Shown piece after piece: positions 7,763 through 17,175 of a stretch of 64,000 bases of DNA. Under the pieces are notes generated by a model, which saw nothing but the letters and a program-made list of their open reading frames with translations, was not told where the DNA came from and did not search any database. Position numbers and translations under genes: made by a program. This DNA comes from a bacterium ADurb.Bin243. Lineage in GTDB: Bacteria > Muiribacteriota > UBA9980. The stretch spans positions 7,579 to 71,578 of the forward strand of contig MWBZ01000015.1 of the NCBI GenBank assembly GCA_002069765.1, given 5' to 3'. Position 1 is the first letter of the stretch. Each line of letters starts with the position of its first letter.

Positions 7763-10135
7763 CTACCTGCCGAGGGCGGATTGATATTCGGCGAAATTCG
7801 CCTTTAATTCTTCGGTCAGAGCGTTCATTTCACGCTCGCCGGCCTGGCTGTTTACCGCGTTAACGTATTTTTTATACGAAACTTTATATTTTTCATAAGC
7901 CGATTTGACGCGCGGGTCTGAAGATTGCGCCGCCTCAGCTTCGGCCGCGGCAGGCACCGAAGAATCGGCCCCCAGAACGGATGTTTGGCCGCCCTGACCG
8001 GCCGCAGAATTATCTTCCGGCGCCGCCGACAAATTCAACGAAAAATTAGTGCCGTTATCCGCGTCTATCTTTGAAATGAGTTCGGGGGAAAGGCTTCCTT
8101 TTATCTTGAGCTCCGCGAAAGGCCCTTCGCTCGCCGACCCCATCGCCGCGTTCATGGCCGAAGCCAGGCCCGGAACCGGGGCCGCGCTCGCATAAACTCC
8201 GCTCATAAAAGCTTTTTCCGCTTCGAACGATTTTTCGAGCCATCCGCCCTTAACGTCGAAACTCTGAACCATGGTGTTTAAAAAGCGCGCCACGTTCTGT
8301 TCGTCGGAAAGAATATTCATGCGGTTGGGATTTTCTTCTACTTTTACTTTCGAAACCGCTTCGTTGAACATTTCGGCAACGATCCGGCGTATTTCATCGG
8401 CCGCTTTATCGCCGGAAGCTATCGCGAAATAAACCCTTTTTTGAATAAGGCTTATCAGATATGAATTTTCGAGTTTATTGAGCTCTTTGGGATTGGCGCA
8501 AAGGAACTTGAGATATCCTTTTATTTTTTGCGCGTTCATCGAAGCTATGTCTTTGAACGAAATCTTGAAAGCGATATTCACGCTGTGAGAAAAAACGAAA
8601 TCGGAGCTGGTAAGCTTTTTTAATTCTTTAGCGCATTCGCGGTTAAAAAACAGGCTGAAGGCCCCCGAATTGCGAATTTTATTGATTACGGCGGAAATTC
8701 CAGGCACCGCATAGCCGAGCGGAGCGAAAAGTATCTTGTTTACGGTAATATTGGAATCGGTAAACATCGCGAGTTTATACAGGTCGTTAATACCGCCGGC
8801 GTATTTGAGGCCGCTTAAAAGTACGATATCACGAGCTGCGCCGTTTTCTACGTTTTTAGCGACGGTGACGACATCGTCTACGCTTTTGCAGTAATCCAGG
8901 CAAGCCATCATTTTTTGGTCGCGCTCTTTTTTATTGGCTTTTTTGGCTTCGGTCACCGCAAGGGCGACTTTCTGGCTCACTTCGTCGCTCGCCCTGCCCA
9001 GGCCCTTATAATTTTTAGCGACGTCTTTAAAATCGAACTCAGGCAGCTGGTTTGCAAGCGTTATTATTACGGATACCTTTTGTTTCTGGTCGGCGTACTG
9101 CGCCGAGCGGAATTCTATTTCATAAGTGCCGGGATTCATTTTTGACGAATCGATTTTAAATTCGCGTCCGTCGAAAGAGCATCCTTCAGGGACAGGTTCG
9201 CATATAACCTGCGGTTCATAATTTTTATGGCCGTGAATAATATGCCAAACGCCGAAACTCTGTGTTTCGCCTTTTTTAACGAATATTTTTGAAACGGGTT
9301 TGGAATACAGAAATTGCTTTAAAGGGGTCAGCCCTACGTTAGTCTCTTCTACGTACTTCGGGACCACGTCTAAGCCGGCATATTCGTAGCTTGCTTCGGT
9401 GAGGCCGACGCACGTGAACATTTCAGCGTGGCCTTTGCCGTACCCGCCGGTTCCGTGAGTGTTAAGAGAGTTAAAAATGGATAGTATAGGCTGTTTAAAA
9501 CCGTCGTAGCTGTATTTAGAATTCTTAAGTATGTAATTATGCGCGAACTCTAATATTTTACGCCTGAGTGAAAACTCGTCGGGGCTTTCTGTTAAAGCGT
9601 CTATAGAGCGGGCGCCCATATAGGTTCCGTCGAGCAGATCGTCGTATTTTTTAACCATATTTTTTTCCGAAACGTCTTCGCCGAAAACTTTTTTAAGAAG
9701 CTTCGTAACCGTAGTGTCCGTCTTTAAATACTCGCCCATGCGGCCGTGGCCTTTTTCAAAGCGGTGCATCGGGTAAAAGTAGCCGTACCAAACGCCATAG
9801 CGGGCCGATTCGGCCGTAACGAATTCTTCGACGCCGTCGCCGTCGTGATCTTTGCGCCCAGCGTAAAGGCCCGAATGGCCGGTTATCCATCCGCTCTTCT
9901 GCATGACTGGAGCTATGTAAGGAAAAGGCCCCTGCGACAATAAGAGATCGCCCGGAACCGCCGGAAGATCCACAAGCAAATACGGCGGGTAATCCCATGC
10001 AAGACCGATCTTATATAAAGTGACCGGATCGTAATCGGCCGTAGAAACGGTTTGCGAATATGCGCCTCCCGCCCAGAAAATCGCGCAAATTGCGGCGGCC
10101 GTTAAAAGTAGCCTTATTCTGAATTTTCTAGCCAT
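7763..10135 (-). CDS. Large secreted hypothetical protein (790 aa)
   Basis: Signal peptide MARKFRIRLLLTAAAICAIFWAGGAYSQ, AAGGAG RBS, no domain I recognise. The C-terminal helical segment (SAYEKYKVSYKKYVNAV) echoes the N-terminus of the downstream PLD protein (LYKAYQSSYQKYSEAL). Confidence 0.55.
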   Translation of the reverse strand: MARKFRIRLLLTAAAICAIFWAGGAYSQTVSTADYDPVTLYKIGLAWDYPPYLLVDLPAVPGDLLLSQGPFPYIAPVMQKSGWITGHSGLYAGRKDHDGDGVEEFVTAESARYGVWYGYFYPMHRFEKGHGRMGEYLKTDTTVTKLLKKVFGEDVSEKNMVKKYDDLLDGTYMGARSIDALTESPDEFSLRRKILEFAHNYILKNSKYSYDGFKQPILSIFNSLNTHGTGGYGKGHAEMFTCVGLTEASYEYAGLDVVPKYVEETNVGLTPLKQFLYSKPVSKIFVKKGETQSFGVWHIIHGHKNYEPQVICEPVPEGCSFDGREFKIDSSKMNPGTYEIEFRSAQYADQKQKVSVIITLANQLPEFDFKDVAKNYKGLGRASDEVSQKVALAVTEAKKANKKERDQKMMACLDYCKSVDDVVTVAKNVENGAARDIVLLSGLKYAGGINDLYKLAMFTDSNITVNKILFAPLGYAVPGISAVINKIRNSGAFSLFFNRECAKELKKLTSSDFVFSHSVNIAFKISFKDIASMNAQKIKGYLKFLCANPKELNKLENSYLISLIQKRVYFAIASGDKAADEIRRIVAEMFNEAVSKVKVEENPNRMNILSDEQNVARFLNTMVQSFDVKGGWLEKSFEAEKAFMSGVYASAAPVPGLASAMNAAMGSASEGPFAELKIKGSLSPELISKIDADNGTNFSLNLSAAPEDNSAAGQGGQTSVLGADSSVPAAAEAEAAQSSDPRVKSAYEKYKVSYKKYVNAVNSQAGEREMNALTEELKANFAEYQSALGR

Positions 10136-10387
10136 AAATTTCTCCTTACTGAGTGAAAAGAATAATTTTTAAAATATCCATTATTTTGTTTGATAACATT
10201 AATAAAATCAGATTAACACAGGGAAATATAATCACTCGATCATAACTTGAATTGAATTTATTACAACAATTATACCATAAAATTTTTAAAAAATCATAAA
10301 AAAGAATAAAATGCAAAACAATATTTCACTTTTTAAATTATAATTAATTTTTTTACAACTACCGGGTAAATATAAATTATCGAGTCA

Positions 10388-10417
10388 TTGACAAAATAAA
10401 CATTAATAGTGTAAAAT
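10388..10417 (+). promoter_or_regulatory. Putative sigma70 promoter for the trxB operon
   Basis: TTGACA (10388-10393), 18-nt spacer, TAAAAT (10412-10417), inside a 330-nt AT-rich intergenic region. Confidence 0.4.
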
Positions 10418-10467
10418 TATAATTTATATAATAAAATAAAAATCAATAAATATACGGAGGTTAAAAA

Positions 10468-11427
10468 TTGGCTGTAAATACTGACTTAATTATAGTCGGC
10501 GGAGGTCCCGCCGGCCTTACCGCAGGCCTTTATGCGGTGCGCGGCGGTCTCGACGCCATTCTTATAGAAAAAGGCATACTCGGCGGGCAGGTCGTTACGA
10601 CCTATGACGTTGAAAACTACCCGGGCTTCCCTGAACCGGTAAACGGGTCCGAACTTGTCGAAAAAATGGAAAAACAGGCCGTGCGTTTCGGATTAAAAAT
10701 TAAAACCATGTGCGAAGCTCAAAAAATAGAAATTAAAGACCACAAATTTTATACATATACTTGCGATCCCGCCGAAGGCCCTATCGTTTCAAACGCCCTG
10801 ATACTCGCCAACGGCAACCTGCCTCGCAAACTGGGCGCACCCGGAGAAGAAAAGCTCGCGGGCCGCGGAGTTTCTTATTGCGCCACCTGCGACGGAGCGC
10901 TTTACCGCAACCGTGAAATAGCCGTAATAGGCGGAGGCGACACTGCGCTCACCGAAGCGCTTTTCCTTACGAATTTCGCATCTAAAATCCATCTCATACA
11001 CCGCCGCGATAAGTTCAGGGGTGAAAAAGTTTATTCCGACAGGATCCTGGCCCACCCTAAAATCAACGTCATCTGGGACAGCGTCCTGGAATCGATCGAA
11101 GGCGAAGAAGTAGTCGAATCCATAAAAGTTAAAAACGTCAAAACTTCTCAATTAACCGAAATTAAACTCGACGGCGTCTTTATATTCGTAGGGCTCGCTC
11201 CGAGCACCGCCATAGTTAAAAACAGCCCGCAGCTTTCAAGCATCGTCAACGAAGAAGGCTACATCATCACCGACGAAACGTGCAAGACTAAAATCGAAGG
11301 GCTGTTCGCGGCCGGAGACGTGCGCGCCGGAAATTTCCGCCAGATAGTGGTGGCGTGCGCCAACGGCGCCACCGCCGCCCATCACGCGTATCATTATATA
11401 GACCACATTAAAACTCAGGGGGCATAA
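10468..11427 (+). CDS. trxB: Thioredoxin-disulfide reductase
   Basis: FAD-binding motif IVGGGPAGLTAG, redox-active CATCDGA motif, NADPH-binding motif AVIGGGDTALTEA. TTG start with a GGAGG RBS. Confidence 0.9.
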   Translation: MAVNTDLIIVGGGPAGLTAGLYAVRGGLDAILIEKGILGGQVVTTYDVENYPGFPEPVNGSELVEKMEKQAVRFGLKIKTMCEAQKIEIKDHKFYTYTCDPAEGPIVSNALILANGNLPRKLGAPGEEKLAGRGVSYCATCDGALYRNREIAVIGGGDTALTEALFLTNFASKIHLIHRRDKFRGEKVYSDRILAHPKINVIWDSVLESIEGEEVVESIKVKNVKTSQLTEIKLDGVFIFVGLAPSTAIVKNSPQLSSIVNEEGYIITDETCKTKIEGLFAAGDVRAGNFRQIVVACANGATAAHHAYHYIDHIKTQGA

Positions 11428-11428
11428 A

Positions 11429-12556
11429 ATGAAAAAAAACGACCTTAAATATTCAAGCGCCGAACTTCTCGAAGAACTTTCTTTAACGTTCGGCCCCAGC
11501 GGATTCGAAGGCGATATGCACGAAGTCATAAAAGGCAGGCTGAAAGACATCTGCGATTTCGACTGCGACAGGCTCGGCTCGATAATCTGCCGCCACAAAA
11601 GCCCGGGCGGCAATTCAAAACGGGCGAAAAACGCCGGAACTTCATCGAAACCCACCGTCGGCATATTTACGCACATAGACGAAGTGGGATTCATGGTCCG
11701 CGGCATAATGGCGAACGGCTTCATCAAGTTCATAAATCTCGGCGGCTGGACTACCCAAACCCTTCCGTCACAGAAAGTGCTTATAAGAAACACCGAGGGC
11801 GATTACGTAATAGGCGTTATCGGCATGAAACCGCCGCACATGATGACCGACGACGAACGCTCGAAGGCCCCTAAAATAGACGCGCTTTATATCGACATCG
11901 GCGCGTCTTCCGCCGACGAAGTCGTCAACGATTATAAAATCGAATTGGGCTCGCCCGCAGTTCCTTACAGCGAGTTCGGCGACCTCAACAAAAGCTGGCT
12001 ATATTACGGCAAAGCTTTCGACAACCGCGCCGGAGTTTGCGCCATGCTTCAAATCATGCGCGCGGCCGCCGGGCGTTCTTACGAAGTCGAAATCGCCGGC
12101 GTCGGTTCCACTCTCGAAGAAAGCGGCCTTCGCGGCGCAAAAACATCGGCGTCCAGAATAAAGCCCGACCTTGCTATCGTCATAGACACCCCGCCCGCCG
12201 ACGACACGCCCAACAACGAAACCGCCTTCCCGGCGCAGGGCAAACTCGGCTGCGGCCCGCAGATAAGGCTTTACGACCCCACGATGATAGCCAACCCCCG
12301 TTTCATAGACTTTATTAAAAAAACCGTCAAAGCCGATAAGCTAAACGCTCAATACGCGGTGCGCTCTTCGGGAGGAACAGATGCCGGCTCCGTGCATCTT
12401 TCCGATTCGGGCGTTCCTACCGTGGTGCTGGGCATACCCACGCGCTATATACACAGCCACACCTCCGTAATAAACGTCAACGACATAGACGACACAGTCG
12501 GGCTTACTTTAAGGCTTCTCGAAAAGCTTTCAGCCCGGACGATAGCTTCTTTTTAA
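11429..12556 (+). CDS. M42 family metallopeptidase (glutamyl aminopeptidase / FrvX-like)
   Basis: Motifs HIDEVGFMV, GKAFDNRAGVCAML and the overall length are typical of M42 peptidases. Confidence 0.75.
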   Translation: MKKNDLKYSSAELLEELSLTFGPSGFEGDMHEVIKGRLKDICDFDCDRLGSIICRHKSPGGNSKRAKNAGTSSKPTVGIFTHIDEVGFMVRGIMANGFIKFINLGGWTTQTLPSQKVLIRNTEGDYVIGVIGMKPPHMMTDDERSKAPKIDALYIDIGASSADEVVNDYKIELGSPAVPYSEFGDLNKSWLYYGKAFDNRAGVCAMLQIMRAAAGRSYEVEIAGVGSTLEESGLRGAKTSASRIKPDLAIVIDTPPADDTPNNETAFPAQGKLGCGPQIRLYDPTMIANPRFIDFIKKTVKADKLNAQYAVRSSGGTDAGSVHLSDSGVPTVVLGIPTRYIHSHTSVINVNDIDDTVGLTLRLLEKLSARTIASF

Positions 12557-12595
12557 CGGCCCGCGGCCGCTCAAAAAAATGTGGAGGTATTATAG

Positions 12596-13144
12596 ATGCA
12601 TGTTTTAGGGATCGTCGGTTCGCCCCGCGTAAACGGAAACACCGATATACTCGTGGATGAAATACTCGCCGGAGTGCGCTCTTCGGGAGGAACGATAGAC
12701 AAGATATATATTTCCGATTTCGACCTGAAGCCCTGCGACTCGTGCATGGCATGTCTGGCCGGAAAAGAATGCGTCCTGGAGGACGGATGGCGTGAAATCG
12801 CTCCCAGGGTGCTCAAAGCGGACGGCCTGGTAATGGGGACCCCGGTTTATTGGAACGCCGTTTCGGCGCAGATGAAAATTTTCATGGATAGATGTTTTTC
12901 ATTTCTCGACGAAAACTACGATTCCGAAATAAAAGGAAAAAGCGCGGCGATAGTAGTCGCCTGCGGCTCGCCCGAGCCGGCCATGACGAAAATTTCCAGG
13001 CTGATATTGGAGGATTTTATTAAATTCAATAAAATGAATATAGTCGGCGGAGTTACGGGATTAAACCTCCAGCAGAAAGACGACGCCCTCAAAAATCAGG
13101 CCCTTATGGCGGAAGCCTTTCAGATAGGCCGAAAATTCATATGA
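12596..13144 (+). CDS. Iron-sulfur flavoprotein-like NAD(P)H-dependent FMN reductase (flavodoxin fold)
   Basis: N-terminal motif LGIVGSPRVNGNT. Compact Cys cluster C-x2-C-x2-C-x5-C (CDSCMACLAGKEC), characteristic of Isf-type proteins. Confidence 0.65.
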   Translation: MHVLGIVGSPRVNGNTDILVDEILAGVRSSGGTIDKIYISDFDLKPCDSCMACLAGKECVLEDGWREIAPRVLKADGLVMGTPVYWNAVSAQMKIFMDRCFSFLDENYDSEIKGKSAAIVVACGSPEPAMTKISRLILEDFIKFNKMNIVGGVTGLNLQQKDDALKNQALMAEAFQIGRKFI

Positions 13145-13737
13145 CCAAAAGCGTTTACCTTCTCAGGCACGCCTCTACCGGCGAAGAAAAGCTCGTATTC
13201 AAGGGAACCGCCGATGAGCCGCTTTCAGAAAAAGGCAGGCGCGAGGCGGCGAAGCTGGGCGAAAAGTTCAAACTGGAAAATATCCGTTTCGACGCGGTGT
13301 TTTCTAGTCCGCTTTCGAGGGCTGCGCACACGGCGGTCCTCGCATCCGGACTTCCGGCGGAGGCTGTCAGGATCCACCACGGACTGACCGATATAAACTG
13401 CGGCGATTGGGAAGCCAGGAGCGTGGAATCGGTAAAATGCGAAGAGCCCGCGCTGTTTGAAACCTGGATGAAGAAACCGGCCGAGTTCGCTTTTCCAGGC
13501 GGCGAAAGCGTTGCGGACGCCGCCCTCAGGGCGCGGCGCTTTCTCGACGAAATAACCGCGGCCCCAGGGCCGGAAACCATTCTGGTGGTTACGCACAGGC
13601 TCATTATAAACGTCATGGTGCTCGGCGCCCTGGGCATCGATTTAAATACTTACTGGCGCTTCCGCTACGATAATTGTTCATATTCAGTGCTTTGTTATGA
13701 CGACGGTTTTTATCTAAGAGCGATCAACCTGAAATGA
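13141..13737 (+). CDS. Histidine phosphatase family protein (phosphoglycerate-mutase-like)
   Basis: N-terminal LRHASTG (RHG-like) and a downstream VVTHRLII catalytic His motif. ATGA start/stop overlap with the upstream gene. Confidence 0.6.
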   Translation: MTKSVYLLRHASTGEEKLVFKGTADEPLSEKGRREAAKLGEKFKLENIRFDAVFSSPLSRAAHTAVLASGLPAEAVRIHHGLTDINCGDWEARSVESVKCEEPALFETWMKKPAEFAFPGGESVADAALRARRFLDEITAAPGPETILVVTHRLIINVMVLGALGIDLNTYWRFRYDNCSYSVLCYDDGFYLRAINLK

Positions 13738-13753
13738 TTTTCCGGTTAAAATA

Positions 13754-16141
13754 ATGCAAAAGTATATATTTTCGTCTTTGTTAATATTATTAGTCTTTTT
13801 CTCATCTTTCCGCCCGTCTCCGGCGGCGGAAAGTTATGAGGTCATTCTCGCGCCTTCCATACGCAAAACAGCCCGCGTGCTTCTGATAAACTCTTATAAT
13901 AAAAACCTTCCATGGACCGGCAATATAACCGACGCCGTGGAGAATTGCCTGAAAAACGAAAAGGCGTTCGAATGCATCCTGGATATAGAATATATGGACA
14001 CTAAAAATATATTCAGCGAAGAGTATCTTTTAAAACTGCACGACCTTTACCTTCTTAAATACAGAGATTCGCGTATCGACGCGGTTATTTCCGCAGACGA
14101 CGACGCTTTCAATTTCTGCCTTAAATACCAGAAAGAACTTTTCAAAGACGCGCCGCTCGTTTTCTGCGGCGTTAATAATTTCGTCGATTCGGTAATTCAG
14201 GGCCGAAATATAAGCGGCGTGGTAGAAGCTTTCGATATCAAATCCAACCTGGAGCTTATAAAAAAACTCCATCCGCGCGCTAAAAAAATATACGTTATAA
14301 ACGACAAAACCACTACCGGCGCCGCAAATAAAATTATTTTCCGGCAGCACGCATCGCTTTTCGAGCCGGCGTTTTCATTCGAATATCTCGAAGATCTAAC
14401 CATGCAGGAAGTTTGTGAAAAGGTTTCAAAGCTCGAAAGCACCGACGTTATTTTTCTGATGACATTCAACCGGGATAAAAACGGAAAGGTTTACAGCTAT
14501 GATTTGAGCATGCGGCTTATAGCCGAAGCCGCTAAAGTGCCGATTTACGGCCTGTGGGATTTTTATCTGGGCGGAGGAGTGACGGGCGGCATGATGATAA
14601 GCGGCCGGTCGCAGGGCGAAACCGCCGCCAGAGCGGCCGCGGAGCTGATTAAGACCGGAAAGAAAGCTTCTGAAATACCGGTAATCAAAACGAGTCCCAA
14701 CAGGTATATGTTCGACTACGCAATGCTCGAAAAGCACGGCATAGACCAGTCGCTTTTACCCGAAGGCAGCTTTATCCTCAACCAGCCGTTTTCATTCTAT
14801 TCCGTCGATAAAAATATTTTCTGGTTCATAATATTTTTAATAATAATCCTGGTTATGCTCTCGGTTTTTCTTATCGTCAATATTCTCGAAAGGCGTTCCG
14901 CCGAAAAAGAGCTTCTGCTGGCCAACCGAAAGCTCGAAAATATGATAAACGAACTCGAAAGCATAGTCGAAAAGCGCACCCGCGAACTTCTCGAAACCAA
15001 TAAAAATCTCCATCAGCAGATCGCCGAAAGGGAAAAAGTACAAAAAGACCTGCTGGAAAGCGAAACCAAATACAGAACGCTCGCGGAAAACGCGCTCGAC
15101 GCGATATCCGAAACCGCCGACGACGGCTCGATTCTCTATATCAGCCCCAACTTCAAGGAAATACTCGGCTGCGGCGCGTCCGGCGAAAACGGAGGCTCTT
15201 TCGTAAATTTCGTTTACGGTCCGGACCGCGGCATAGTCAAAGCTATGTTCGACACCATAGAAAAACAGGGATTCGCGAACGAAATAATTTTCAGAAATTC
15301 GGGATTCGATTCCAACCCCATCTGGCTTGAAAGTTCCGGCAAAACTTTCACTTCGGCCGATGGAAAGCCTCACGTAGTAATAGTCACCCGTAACGTGTCC
15401 GAGCGGAAAAAAATAGAGGAAGAAATGGTCAAAAACGCCAAACTCGAATCGCTTGGCCTTCTGGCAGGCGGAATCGCCCACGACTTCAACAACGTTTTGA
15501 TGGGAATAATCGGCAATGTGACCCTGGCCAAAAGGCGCTGCCAGGACGGCAACATATACGAGCTTCTCACGCGGGCCGAAAGAGTTTCATACAAGGCCAA
15601 AAGTCTTACCGAACAGCTCATAACGTTTTCCAAAGGCGGCCAGCCCATCAAAAAACTCGCCAATATTAACGACCTGCTATATGAAGCGGTGCAGTTTTCG
15701 CTTTCAGGCTCTTCCATGAGAAGCGAGTTCGATCTCCATCCGGACCTCTGGCACGCTGAAGTGGACGAAGGCCAGCTCATACAGGTAATCACCAATATCG
15801 CCATAAACGCCAGGCAGGCGTCGGGCTTAAACGGGCTGATTACGGTAAAAACGGAAAACATCAGCGTGGAAAAGCCCAACGAGCGTTTCGTCAAAGCCGG
15901 AAATTACGTTAAAATAACCATGCGCGATAACGGCGGCGGCATACCGGCGCAAAACCTGAAAAAAATATTCGATCCTTATTTCACCACAAAATCCGACGGA
16001 CGCGGCATCGGGCTTGCCGCCGCTCACTCAATAATTAAAAACCATCAGGGCCTCATCGACGTCGAATCAAAAGACGGCGAAGGAACCGCTTTTTTCATCT
16101 ACCTTCCAGCTGGCGTTTCGCAGGCGGATCAGCAAGCGTAA
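13754..16141 (+). CDS. Sensor histidine kinase with periplasmic substrate-binding-like domain, TM, coiled coil, PAS, HisKA and HATPase
   Basis: Signal peptide and ~330-aa periplasmic domain. TM helix (FWFIIFLIIILVMLSVFLIV). H-box GGIAHDFNNVL. ATP-binding motifs DNGGGIP...GRGIGL. Confidence 0.8.
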   Translation: MQKYIFSSLLILLVFFSSFRPSPAAESYEVILAPSIRKTARVLLINSYNKNLPWTGNITDAVENCLKNEKAFECILDIEYMDTKNIFSEEYLLKLHDLYLLKYRDSRIDAVISADDDAFNFCLKYQKELFKDAPLVFCGVNNFVDSVIQGRNISGVVEAFDIKSNLELIKKLHPRAKKIYVINDKTTTGAANKIIFRQHASLFEPAFSFEYLEDLTMQEVCEKVSKLESTDVIFLMTFNRDKNGKVYSYDLSMRLIAEAAKVPIYGLWDFYLGGGVTGGMMISGRSQGETAARAAAELIKTGKKASEIPVIKTSPNRYMFDYAMLEKHGIDQSLLPEGSFILNQPFSFYSVDKNIFWFIIFLIIILVMLSVFLIVNILERRSAEKELLLANRKLENMINELESIVEKRTRELLETNKNLHQQIAEREKVQKDLLESETKYRTLAENALDAISETADDGSILYISPNFKEILGCGASGENGGSFVNFVYGPDRGIVKAMFDTIEKQGFANEIIFRNSGFDSNPIWLESSGKTFTSADGKPHVVIVTRNVSERKKIEEEMVKNAKLESLGLLAGGIAHDFNNVLMGIIGNVTLAKRRCQDGNIYELLTRAERVSYKAKSLTEQLITFSKGGQPIKKLANINDLLYEAVQFSLSGSSMRSEFDLHPDLWHAEVDEGQLIQVITNIAINARQASGLNGLITVKTENISVEKPNERFVKAGNYVKITMRDNGGGIPAQNLKKIFDPYFTTKSDGRGIGLAAAHSIIKNHQGLIDVESKDGEGTAFFIYLPAGVSQADQQA

Positions 16142-16166
16142 ATATTATTTTTAAGGTTAATATTGC

Positions 16167-16195
16167 TTGACTTTTTAGCCAATAAAATATATAAT
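16167..16195 (+). promoter_or_regulatory. Near-consensus sigma70 promoter
   Basis: TTGACT (16167-16172), 17-nt spacer, TATAAT (16190-16195), about 60 nt upstream of the 16258 gene. Confidence 0.6.
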
Positions 16196-16257
16196 TCATC
16201 TTGAAAATATTACATTAATTCTCCGAGATATTCCGGACAAAATACTGGAGGTATAAA

Positions 16258-17091
16258 ATGAACTTAAAAAGAGGGCTTTTTTTAGCTACACTTTTGACTT
16301 TAAGCATACAGTTGAACGCTTCCGCGCAGACCGCGAGCGTTGAAACGCTCCCGCCTGCCGCGGCGCAGCCCGCGAGCGTCACGGCGCCGCCCGCGAGCGT
16401 CACGGCGCCGCCGGCTTCCACCGCCGAAGTGACCCCGGCTCCCATTCCGCCTGCCGCTCCCGCAGCTCCGGCGGCAGAAACCGTTAACGCTCCCGCGCCC
16501 GCCACGGCGGAAGTCACCCCCGCTGCTCCGCCGGTTGAACCGCCCATAGCTCCAGGCCCCACTCCCGTTCCGACCGCTCCGGCCGAAACGGCCAGCGCCC
16601 AGCTTCAGCCTCCGGCGGCTCCCCAGCAAGTGATTTCGGCTAAAGATTTCATATTAAAGCAGGAAGAGCTCGGCTACGGCGTTTCGTTAGTTTCCAAGGC
16701 CGCAAAAATCAGGATCCCTTTCGAATCCAACCCCATTCTTATTGAAGGAAAAGACCAGATAAAAACCACCGCAGGCCGTTTATTTTCAGAGGTAAAAGAG
16801 CTCCCCGACAATCTTACGTCCATGGCTATCAATTTAATGACATATAAAAAAGACGACAAAGACCACGATTTCGGCCTGATAGCCCTCGAATTAAAAGAAA
16901 GCGCGCGCGCGGACATGGAAGTTTTCAAAGGGCTCATTAAAACATCCATGCTTTCTTATTTTAAAGAAGAAACATTTTTCATAGCCGATAAATTCCCGCT
17001 CATCGTAATAATCGCCCACAACTATCCCGAAGGCAAAAAAGAAGATATAAAATGGGCTTTCGATCTGGCGCAGAAAAAATTTGAAAAATAG
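16258..17091 (+). CDS. Secreted protein with Pro/Ala-rich linker and C-terminal globular domain (hypothetical)
   Basis: Signal peptide. PASVTAPPASVTAPPAS low-complexity linker encoded by a tandem 21-bp repeat. GGAGG RBS. Confidence 0.6.
   Translation: MNLKRGLFLATLLTLSIQLNASAQTASVETLPPAAAQPASVTAPPASVTAPPASTAEVTPAPIPPAAPAAPAAETVNAPAPATAEVTPAAPPVEPPIAPGPTPVPTAPAETASAQLQPPAAPQQVISAKDFILKQEELGYGVSLVSKAAKIRIPFESNPILIEGKDQIKTTAGRLFSEVKELPDNLTSMAINLMTYKKDDKDHDFGLIALELKESARADMEVFKGLIKTSMLSYFKEETFFIADKFPLIVIIAHNYPEGKKEDIKWAFDLAQKKFEK
16369..16410 (+). repeat. Perfect 21-bp tandem direct repeat x2 (coding PASVTAP)
   Basis: CCCGCGAGCGTCACGGCGCCG occurs twice back-to-back. Confidence 0.85.
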
Positions 17092-17175
17092 GCGATAATA
17101 AAACTAATTAACGAAACGCATCCGCGTCATGTTATATTTGCGCGGTTTAAATCAGTTTCTAGAATAGGCGATAAA

